Of a DNA stretch of 64,000 nt, positions 1-7,368 are shown one piece after another (positions within the stretch are counted from its first letter, which is position 1; each line of letters begins with the position of its first letter). This DNA is from an uncultured Gammaproteobacteria bacterium (GTDB taxonomy: Bacteria; Patescibacteriota; Patescibacteriia; UBA9934). The translations under genes were made by a program, and so were the position numbers. Location of the stretch: contig CAYVLY010000001.1 in NCBI GenBank assembly GCA_964452565.1, positions 78,638 to 142,637 of the forward strand, read 5' to 3'. The notes under the pieces are model-generated. The model ran no database searches, was not told the origin of the DNA, and saw only the letters and a program-made list of their open reading frames with translations.

Positions 1-458
1 GATTATTGTGCAACATGATGCTACGAGCAAATGATAACTTATGGGTCCAGCATCTTGATACAATGACTTATCTGCGACGATCGATTGGTCTTCAAGGCTA
101 TGGGCAGCGCGATCCGTTGGTTGAATATAAGCGTGAGGCATTTGGCATGTTCCAAGATTTTCAGGCAGAAGTTGCGCGTGAGGTTGTTTACAATATCTTC
201 AAAGTTCTTGAGCAATCATTGGCAGTAGAAAAGATGATCCAAGCAGCACCTAGCATTCTTGAAAAGGCTGGATTAGTATTCTCAGGAGCGCAAAAGACAA
301 TGGTTAAGAAGACAGTCGAATCGCTTTTAAAAGGCGCAGCCAAAAGTGCAAAACGCAAGTTCCCTAAAGTCGGCCGGAACGATGCGTGTCCATGCGGAGC
401 GGTCAAACCAGATGGAAAGCCGAAAAAATATAAGAACTGTCATGGAAAGAATAATTAA
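1..458 (+). CDS. secA: Preprotein translocase SecA, C-terminal fragment (5' end outside window)
   Basis: ORF runs from the window edge; C-terminal zinc-binding tail CPCGAVKPDGKPKKYKNCHG typical of SecA. Confidence 0.8.
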   Translation, partial: LLCNMMLRANDNLWVQHLDTMTYLRRSIGLQGYGQRDPLVEYKREAFGMFQDFQAEVAREVVYNIFKVLEQSLAVEKMIQAAPSILEKAGLVFSGAQKTMVKKTVESLLKGAAKSAKRKFPKVGRNDACPCGAVKPDGKPKKYKNCHGKNN

Positions 459-480
459 GAAAAATTTCTCACGAGCGAAG

Positions 481-510
481 TCCTTCCGAAGCCCGCAGGG
501 CGAAGGAGGA
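481..510. repeat. GC-rich imperfect hairpin element tccttccgaagcccgNagggcgaaggagg (copy 1 of 2)
   Basis: Near-identical 30-mer at 24181..24210; CCTTC/GAAGG and GCCC/GGGC stems; shares the gagcgaagtcc core with the element at 35750..35850. Confidence 0.6.
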
Positions 511-550
511 TGGATCGGGGAAGAAGTATAAGAAATGCCACGGAGCCTAA

Positions 551-1102
551 TTGAAATATATGCCCGTAACAATAGTTTTTGAGTCGCATTCGACGACATT
601 TGATAATGAAGCCCACAAAGCCTCGGGTTGGAATGATGTTGACCTGTCACCTCTTGGTGAAACTCAGGCTAAGGAGCGTGGTGAGTGCCGGCGTGATGAT
701 GGCATCGATACAGTATTCTGTTCAGATCTAGTTCGATCATATCGAACAGCGCGGATTGCTTTTGAAGGAACCGATATGCCGATTTTTATGGACTGGCGCC
801 TGCGAGAGTGTGATTATGGAGAGATGACACAGAGTGATTCGGACATTGTTGACCCAGAAAAACCAAATCGGATCAAAGAACCTTTTCCAGGTGGAGAGAG
901 TTATGAGCAGTCAAATGAACGAATGAAAAGCTTCTTGCAAGATCTTCTTAAGTTCTATGACAACAAGCGTGTGATGATCGTAGGTCACCGGGCAACACAG
1001 TATGCACTCGAGAGTTTGATTCTTGGAAAACCACTTGAGGAAGTTGTTCCAGCTCCATGGTCCTGGCAGCCGGGTTGGGAGTATGAGTTGAAAAAACTAT
1101 AA
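551..1102 (+). CDS. Histidine phosphatase family protein (phosphoglycerate-mutase-like), non-canonical SHS in place of RHG
   Basis: Aligns to PGM/GpmB N-terminus (ESHSTTFDNEAH..GWNDVDLSPLGETQA), conserved SDLxRSYRTA and VGHRATQYAL second His. Confidence 0.65.
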   Translation: MKYMPVTIVFESHSTTFDNEAHKASGWNDVDLSPLGETQAKERGECRRDDGIDTVFCSDLVRSYRTARIAFEGTDMPIFMDWRLRECDYGEMTQSDSDIVDPEKPNRIKEPFPGGESYEQSNERMKSFLQDLLKFYDNKRVMIVGHRATQYALESLILGKPLEEVVPAPWSWQPGWEYELKKL

Positions 1103-1229
1103 GTTTTCTAGTCAGTTCAGTAAATTAAACAAAAAGCCCCTGAAGAGGTCTTTTTTGCATGTCCTGTATAATCTGACCAAGGCGTCGGGAAATCTGGAAC
1201 ATATAAAAATCAGCTTCAAAGTCACGTCA

Positions 1230-1266
1230 AACCCCGCGCCGCTGGTGCGGGGTTCACTGCGTCTAA
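1230..1266 (+). promoter_or_regulatory. 37-bp hairpin element (AACCCCGC-loop-GCGGGGTT + ttcactgcgtctaa), copy a, 14 nt upstream of TTGACA (1281..1286)
   Basis: 35/37 identical to 2198..2234; same spacing to a TTGACA -35-like box; precedes GC-rich ORF 1373..2092. Confidence 0.6.
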
Positions 1267-1372
1267 GGCTAAGTTTATGCTTGACAAAATGGCATAAATA
1301 GAGTAGCTTTCAGGGTCGTATCCACGGCAAAATCCGTCAAATAGTCCAATAGGGCTGAAAGAGAGAGGAACG

Positions 1373-2092
1373 ATGAAAGACAGACACTGGCAGTCACAGA
1401 TGGTCCTGCTCGGAGCATCAATACAGGGTCAGCAGGTCGCAGATGAGTTGCTCGCTGTTGAGTGGAACTCGCTGACAGCGGACCAGATCCTTGACGACTA
1501 CAGGCCGCTTTGCTGGTCTGCGATCGGCTCGAGCCTCGCACTTGGCGCTGAGGATCTCGAGGGCCTGCAGCAGCAGGTCGTCAGCCTCGCGATCGAGCGG
1601 ATTCAGAACGGTGATATCCAGCCGGTCCAGGTGCTGATCGAGATGGCTGGTGATTCCTGGATCGACGAGGTGGCAGTCGCTGCCCTCGAACAGATCAAGG
1701 GTCAGATCACCGACTCCGCGGCGGTGGTGCAGTTCTGTGCCCTGGTCGATCATCTGGCCGGATTCTCCTTGTCGGGTCTCCGAGACGGCGAGACACAGCA
1801 GGTGCTCCAGCAGATCGTCAACGATCACATGCTGTGCGGTGAGCCCTTCGAAATCGAGCTGGACCACGCCAAGGCTATCGTGCTCGACGTTGGTGGTGAT
1901 CCGGGTCTGGCAATGCTCAGGCTCATGACCGCCGCAATGCCACTGCGTGCGATGCACGAGCTGTGGGGCTACATGTGCTATCATGCCGAGTCTCCGATCA
2001 CCATGGAGAGCCGAGAGACGGCACAGGCAGCCGTCGACATGCTCAACGCCGCCTACGATCGAGAGCTCTTCAGCAACCCCTGGAACGACTAG
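1373..2092 (+). CDS. Hypothetical protein, GC-rich island gene (GC3-rich codons)
   Basis: 239-aa ORF with AGAGGAA RBS-like stretch before ATG; acidic, helical-looking composition; the fully overlapping antisense ORF looks spurious. Confidence 0.5.
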   Translation: MKDRHWQSQMVLLGASIQGQQVADELLAVEWNSLTADQILDDYRPLCWSAIGSSLALGAEDLEGLQQQVVSLAIERIQNGDIQPVQVLIEMAGDSWIDEVAVAALEQIKGQITDSAAVVQFCALVDHLAGFSLSGLRDGETQQVLQQIVNDHMLCGEPFEIELDHAKAIVLDVGGDPGLAMLRLMTAAMPLRAMHELWGYMCYHAESPITMESRETAQAAVDMLNAAYDRELFSNPWND

Positions 2093-2197
2093 CTGTCCCT
2101 GCGTGGTGTGTGGCTACTGCTGGTTCACTCACATTGCTTACTTCTATAGCTCGAGCCCAATCGAGAAATACAAGATAAGTAATGCGACTACTCAATA

Positions 2198-2234
2198 AAC
2201 CCCGTGCCGCTGGTGCGGGGTTCAGTGCGTCTAA
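2198..2234 (+). promoter_or_regulatory. 37-bp hairpin element copy b, 14 nt upstream of TTGACA (2249..2254) - 17 bp - TATTTT (2272..2277)
   Basis: Direct repeat of 1230..1266; followed by a sigma70-like promoter for ORF 2323..2625. Confidence 0.6.
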
Positions 2235-2322
2235 TGTCGAGCGTATTCTTGACAAAGGGCTTTTGAAAGGCTATTTTCTATTTGCTAACCAAATTTGGTC
2301 CTAGTTGACCAGGGGAGAGACC

Positions 2323-2625
2323 GTGAAACCCATTCTTGCGATGACCATGCAGGAGCTGGAGGCAACTGCTGCAGCCAAAGAGGATAGCGACCGTGCGATG
2401 CAGGCATTCCAGCGTATCGTGGATAGTGCAAATTACACTCAGGTGGCGCAGATTTGGGCGCGTATCTGTACATCTGGTGCTTTCATCATCAAGAGTTCTG
2501 ATACTGCGCTGCAGGCATATCACTACATGCGTGGCGAATTTCCTGAGGGGCAATTCGTGATTCCGGCTATCATTCGCGACACCGTTCAATCTGATGTTGA
2601 ATGTGATGGGCTTGATAGCAACTGA
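2323..2625 (+). CDS. Hypothetical small protein (GC-rich island)
   Basis: ORF with AGGGGAGAG RBS 6-8 nt before GTG 2323 (alternative ATG at 2341); promoter upstream. Confidence 0.4.
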   Translation: MKPILAMTMQELEATAAAKEDSDRAMQAFQRIVDSANYTQVAQIWARICTSGAFIIKSSDTALQAYHYMRGEFPEGQFVIPAIIRDTVQSDVECDGLDSN

Positions 2626-3028
2626 CAGTCCGCACAATCCGTAATCGCGGCTTCGGCTGGTTCTACGTGAGCCAGCTGTTTTGTTTCAATATAAAAAAAA
2701 GATGACCACCCTGGGAGTTCCGCAGGGTGGGGCGCGTCGCGTTAAAGCGGGATCGTGTTGCACATGGGCGTCGTGCTGATCTGGCTTATGGCGATAAGCA
2801 AGGTGCGATTTGGGTCTGAGGCGTTTTTGAGCTCAATCACATTTCCACCGCCGTTGTGGATACCTATAACTTTACTCGAGTCGAGATGCCGAAGGCACGT
2901 AGCGCTGCGCACAGCTGCATTTCGATAAAAGTATTATTTCAATATCCATCAGCAGCGTCAACAATTTTATCCACACATGCTTGAAGACCTGCCATACGGC
3001 AGGTCTGCACGATGCAACGCAAGGGCTG

Positions 3029-3283
3029 CTAGTTGGGGTTGTGGACGGCCACGATTGGTTCTTCGAAGACGGTCCTGTCGTACGGGATCATGAGCTTTGT
3101 TCCGCCCTCCTCTGGAGCCAATACGCAGATAGTGGTTGCAGGCCCATCATGGGCGGTCCGCACCTCCACGTTCTGAGCCATACAGTCGACGCACTGCTTC
3201 GGATGACATCGTATTCGGGTGTTCTCGGCACAGCCTCGCAGGAAGGCCGATACAGCATCTTCACCAGTTATCCATCCAGGCAT
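3029..3283 (-). CDS. Hypothetical small Cys-containing protein (CHPKQCVDC)
   Basis: Strong RBS GGAGGTG 4 nt before the ATG on the minus strand (plus 3288..3294); GC-rich. Confidence 0.35.
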   Translation of the reverse strand: MPGWITGEDAVSAFLRGCAENTRIRCHPKQCVDCMAQNVEVRTAHDGPATTICVLAPEEGGTKLMIPYDRTVFEEPIVAVHNPN

Positions 3284-3332
3284 TATCACCTCCAAGTTAG
3301 TGGCTGGATTCCATACAACGTTATCTTGGTTT

Positions 3333-3360
3333 TTGCTCGTGGTCAATTCTGAGGTATAAT
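3333..3360 (+). promoter_or_regulatory. Sigma70-like promoter TTGCTC-16-TATAAT upstream of the ABC exporter operon
   Basis: TTGCTC 3333..3338, TATAAT 3355..3360, AAGGAG RBS 3391..3396. Confidence 0.5.
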
Positions 3361-3402
3361 AAACGCGCTTTTATTGACAATTAGTAATAAAAGGAGCAAG
3401 CT

Positions 3403-5268
3403 TTGCTTCTTATGGAAAATAACGAAAATCAGGAGGTTTCGGCTTTGCCTATTGAGCAAAAGCCAAAATCAAAGCTAATGAGCTTTTTAGGACGCCGACG
3501 ATGGTGGATTGTTGGTGTTGTTATTGTTTTACTCATTGCTGGCGGTGTATTGGCAGGAAGAGGGTCAGATGACATTTTTACTTACGCTGAAGTTCAAAAA
3601 GGTGATTTGATTCAGACAGTTGAAGTTTCAGGTGAACTGGAATCTTTCCAAGAGGCAGATTTAGCGTTTGAGATGAGTGGAACTGTTAGCTATGTGTTTG
3701 TAGAGGCTGGAGATGAAGTTGTTGAAGGGCAGATTATAGCTGTACTTGATAGCGGTGAACTTTTGGCAGATCTTTCTGCTGCCCAACAGGCAGCGTACCT
3801 AGCAGACGCAAACCTTGATCAGTTTTTGGCCGGCGCAACAGATCAAGAGATCGCAGCAGCACAAGCAACGCTTGATAGTGCATTGGCAGATCTTGAATCA
3901 AAAACAGAACTTGCAAGTTTAAATGTCGCCGAGGAGCTAGTGGATTTAAATACTTCTGAAGATGATTTGGAAAATACACTTGCAGATAATGAAGAAGATC
4001 TTGAGCAGGTGTATGAAGATCTTGAAAACTTGTTGTTTGGAGCTGTGATTGATGTGCGAAGTGCTTTAAGTGCAGCGGATGAGATCCTTGGAGTAGAAAA
4101 CACACTTCACAATCAAGATTTCAAAAACGTATTATCAGCAACAGATCCGCAACAGTACACTTGGGCAAAGAATTACTATGACTATGCTGCTGATGCACGA
4201 GACGCAGCTGAAGATCTTGTTTATGCATTAACAGTAGATTCAACAGCAGATGAGATCGGCGTAGCTGCAGATAAAGTCGAAGAAGCGCTTGATTACACAT
4301 CCGAGACCCTGCTTTACACTCGACGTGTACTTGATGCGACCAAGTCAGACAGTTCTGATCTTAGCCTGAGCGACATCTCAACCTACAAATCAACCATCGA
4401 TACAGAACGCGACACCATTCAGACCGAGGAAACAAATATTCTTACTCAACGTCAGTTGGTTGATTCAACAGTGATTAGTGCTGACGATGCAGAGGACGCA
4501 GCATATAGCGCAGTTGATTCAGCTGAGTATGACTATTCGCAGGCTGTTTCAAATGCTGATTCAAGTGTTGCAATGGCACAGGCTACTGTTGATCTAAGAC
4601 AGGCAGAATATGATGCACTTACTGTAGAAAAGCGATCTGTTGATACTGCTTCATACTATGCTCAACTTGGACAGGCGCAGGCGCAGCTTGCTGCTGCAGA
4701 AGCACGTTTTGAAAAATCAGAGATCTCAGCTCCGTTTGATGGGATTGTTACCCACATGGACTTAAGCCTTGGAGAACCTGTCACTCTTGGGACAACAGTA
4801 GCTGGAGTCCAGTCAAGCATTGAGCAGTATCGTGTGCTTGTTGATGTTCCTGAAGCAGACATTGTGAAGCTCACATTGGACGATGAGGCTGTAGTTACAT
4901 TTGATGCTTATGGTGATGACGTTGAGGTGCCAGCACGTGTTGGAAAGATCAATCCAGGTGAAAGCGATATCGAAGGTGTTGTGTACTACGGGGTTGAGGT
5001 ATATATAAGTGACGAAGTTGACCTGACTCTTAAATCAGGAATGTCAGCAGATGTAATTGTCACAACAGAAACCAAGTCAGATGTTCTTTATATTCAGCAG
5101 CGTGCTGTTTATGAGTATGATGATGGAACTCGATATGTACGCGTGCCAAAAGGGGATGAATATGAGGAGCAGGTGATAGTAACAGGGCTCCGTGCAGATG
5201 GTGGATATGTTGAGCTGATCTCTGGTCTTGAAGAAGGGGATGAGGTTATTACCGCAATAAATGATTAG
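3403..5268 (+). CDS. HlyD/MacA-family periplasmic adaptor with a very long coiled-coil hairpin
   Basis: N-terminal TM helix, biotinyl/lipoyl-like beta segments flanking ~350 aa of predicted coiled coil, C-terminal beta-barrel motifs; precedes the ABC ATPase and permease. Confidence 0.7.
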   Translation: MLLMENNENQEVSALPIEQKPKSKLMSFLGRRRWWIVGVVIVLLIAGGVLAGRGSDDIFTYAEVQKGDLIQTVEVSGELESFQEADLAFEMSGTVSYVFVEAGDEVVEGQIIAVLDSGELLADLSAAQQAAYLADANLDQFLAGATDQEIAAAQATLDSALADLESKTELASLNVAEELVDLNTSEDDLENTLADNEEDLEQVYEDLENLLFGAVIDVRSALSAADEILGVENTLHNQDFKNVLSATDPQQYTWAKNYYDYAADARDAAEDLVYALTVDSTADEIGVAADKVEEALDYTSETLLYTRRVLDATKSDSSDLSLSDISTYKSTIDTERDTIQTEETNILTQRQLVDSTVISADDAEDAAYSAVDSAEYDYSQAVSNADSSVAMAQATVDLRQAEYDALTVEKRSVDTASYYAQLGQAQAQLAAAEARFEKSEISAPFDGIVTHMDLSLGEPVTLGTTVAGVQSSIEQYRVLVDVPEADIVKLTLDDEAVVTFDAYGDDVEVPARVGKINPGESDIEGVVYYGVEVYISDEVDLTLKSGMSADVIVTTETKSDVLYIQQRAVYEYDDGTRYVRVPKGDEYEEQVIVTGLRADGGYVELISGLEEGDEVITAIND

Positions 5269-5269
5269 T

Positions 5270-5995
5270 ATGTCAGGCAAATCAAAGCCTTTGATCGAGC
5301 TCAAAGATATCTACAAAAATTATGTAAATGACGATGTCGTGACGCGTGTGCTTCGCGGCATCTCTTTGACTATTCAAGAAGGAGAGTTTGTAGCGATCAT
5401 GGGTCCATCTGGCTCTGGAAAGTCAACTTTGATGAACATTTTGGGATTTTTAGATTCTGTTACCTCTGGTGACTATGAGTTTAAGGGTCATAATGTGTCA
5501 GGCCTGAGTGATGATCAAAAGGCGATCATGCGCCGCAAAGAGGTGGGGTTTGTCTTTCAGACGTTTAATCTACTGCCTAGAACATCAGTTTTGGAAAATG
5601 TTACTCTTCCGATGATCTATGAGCGGATTCCTGAAGCAAAGCGTCGTGTAATGGCAAAGAAGGCGCTAAAGACTGTAGGGCTGGAACATCGGCTTGACCA
5701 CCTTTCAAACCAACTCTCTGGAGGTGAGAAGCAGCGCGTAGCTATCGTTCGCGCAGTTGCTAATGATCCAAGCATAGTCTTTGCAGATGAGCCAACAGGA
5801 AACCTTGATACAAAGACAGGCGAGGAGGTTTTAATCATGTTTCAAAAGCTACACAAAAAAGGACGAACGGTCATTATGATTACACACGAGCAAGAGGCTG
5901 CAGAGTTTGCAGAGAGAATCGTATCGATTCGTGATGGAAAGATTGTATCAGACACAACAGGTCATAGCCGACGAACAGGGAGGTTTCATAAATAA
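5270..5995 (+). CDS. ABC transporter ATP-binding protein (MacB/LolD-type)
   Basis: Walker [10 protein letters not shown], signature [14 protein letters not shown], Walker [14 protein letters not shown]-loop ITHE. Confidence 0.85.
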   Translation: MSGKSKPLIELKDIYKNYVNDDVVTRVLRGISLTIQEGEFVAIMGPSGSGKSTLMNILGFLDSVTSGDYEFKGHNVSGLSDDQKAIMRRKEVGFVFQTFNLLPRTSVLENVTLPMIYERIPEAKRRVMAKKALKTVGLEHRLDHLSNQLSGGEKQRVAIVRAVANDPSIVFADEPTGNLDTKTGEEVLIMFQKLHKKGRTVIMITHEQEAAEFAERIVSIRDGKIVSDTTGHSRRTGRFHK

Positions 5996-5997
5996 AA

Positions 5998-6057
5998 GTG
6001 ATTAGAGGTTATAGAAGTGATAAAAAATAATTATCACCTCTAATTACCTCTAATCAC
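5998..6057 (+). promoter_or_regulatory. Nested palindrome in the ATPase-permease intergenic region
   Basis: GTGATTAGAGGT (5998..6009) pairs with ACCTCTAATCAC (6046..6057); inner GTGATAA/TTATCAC (6017..6037); repeated cctctaat and taatcac units. Confidence 0.5.
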
Positions 6058-6073
6058 CTTTAATCACTTCAAA

Positions 6074-7312
6074 ATGCTTTGGAAAGACCTAATCACATCA
6101 TCAACTGTATCGATTCGACGAAATAAATCTCGAAGCGCTTTAACGATACTCGGAATAGTTATCGGAATCGCATCGGTTATTTTGATGTTGTCGATTGGTA
6201 AAAGTGCTGAGGGATTGATCTTGTCGCAGGTTTCAGATCTTGGATCTGATTTAGTTTTTGTAGAAGCAAGTGCCGGTGACCCAACTGAAGGACCGCCTAA
6301 TCCATTCATTGAACAAACAATCACAAGAGATGATGAGCACGCGATTGAGAAAAGCGGATTGTTCAGTGCTGTAAGTTCTATCTTAGCGTCAACTGAAACA
6401 GTCTCTCACGATCAGGAGACCATGTATGCAAGTATAAATGGAACTGATGAGGATTATATTGATATCTTTCCAGCTGATTTGCTCTACGGACGATCATTCA
6501 CATCGTCTGACATTGATAGTTACTCACGAGTTGCTGTATTGGGAGTTGACCTCGCTGAAGATTTATTTGGAGAGCAGGATCCAACTGGCATGAAATTAAA
6601 GATTGGGAACGTTTCCTTCCGCGTTATCGGTGTTTTTGAAGAACAGGGAACTCGATTTTTTCAAGATCTAGATATGCAGATGAGTGTGCCAATCACAACA
6701 ATGCAGCAGGATTTAATGGGCGTTGATCATGTCAGTTACCTAGCGGCAAGGGCACTGCCTGATATTGAGTTGGATTATGCCAAAGATGAAGTAAGGTTCA
6801 TTTTGCGAGATGAGCATGATATTGATAACCCGCAGCGTGACCTGGATTTGGATGACTTTTATGTATCATCACAAAGTGACGCCGAAGAGATTATAGGCAT
6901 TGTAGGAGATGTGCTAACGATATTATTATCATCAATTGCTGCAATCTCATTAGTTGTTGGTGGTATTGGTATCATGAACATTATGCTTGTGTCAGTTACT
7001 GAGCGGACGCGTGAGATTGGTTTGCGAAAGTCTATTGGAGCCACGCGTGGTGAGATTTTGCAACAATTCTTAGCTGAGGCTGTGTTGTTGACTCTGATTG
7101 GTGGAATAGTTGGAGTTTTAATGGGAGTTTTGGCATCTATTGTCATCGCACTTGGTGCAAAGTACTTCCTTGAAGATTGGTCGTTGTACATTCCGCTGAG
7201 CGCGATTGTTGCTGGTGTAGTTGTTGCAACATGCGTTGGAGTTGTATTTGGAGTATATCCAGCTAAACGTGCAGCAAATCTTGATCCAATTGAGGCGTTG
7301 AGGTACGAATAA
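6074..7312 (+). CDS. ABC transporter permease, FtsX/MacB-like (4 TM + large periplasmic domain)
   Basis: N-terminal TM, ~250-aa extracytoplasmic domain, C-terminal FtsX-like TM bundle. Confidence 0.8.
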   Translation: MLWKDLITSSTVSIRRNKSRSALTILGIVIGIASVILMLSIGKSAEGLILSQVSDLGSDLVFVEASAGDPTEGPPNPFIEQTITRDDEHAIEKSGLFSAVSSILASTETVSHDQETMYASINGTDEDYIDIFPADLLYGRSFTSSDIDSYSRVAVLGVDLAEDLFGEQDPTGMKLKIGNVSFRVIGVFEEQGTRFFQDLDMQMSVPITTMQQDLMGVDHVSYLAARALPDIELDYAKDEVRFILRDEHDIDNPQRDLDLDDFYVSSQSDAEEIIGIVGDVLTILLSSIAAISLVVGGIGIMNIMLVSVTERTREIGLRKSIGATRGEILQQFLAEAVLLTLIGGIVGVLMGVLASIVIALGAKYFLEDWSLYIPLSAIVAGVVVATCVGVVFGVYPAKRAANLDPIEALRYE

Positions 7313-7334
7313 AATTAAAATACAACTGTGGATA

Positions 7335-7366
7335 GAATTGCGCGCAAAGTTCGCGTAATTCTTTTA
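7335..7366 (+). terminator. Hairpin GAATTGCGCG-caaagtt-CGCGTAATTC followed by TTTT
   Basis: 10-bp stem with one G-U pair, T-run; ATG of the next gene follows immediately. Confidence 0.5.
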
Positions 7367-7368
7367 TA

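Noticed and set aside
1418-1984. 188-aa antisense ORF fully inside ORF 1373..2092
   Set aside because: His/Arg-rich composition typical of spurious antisense frames in GC-rich DNA; the sense ORF has the promoter and RBS-like signals
1230-2234. Possibility that the 37-bp direct repeats are integron attC sites flanking a gene cassette
   Set aside because: No GTTRRRY/RYYYAAC core sites, no intI or attI nearby; the repeats sit upstream of promoters rather than downstream of ORFs
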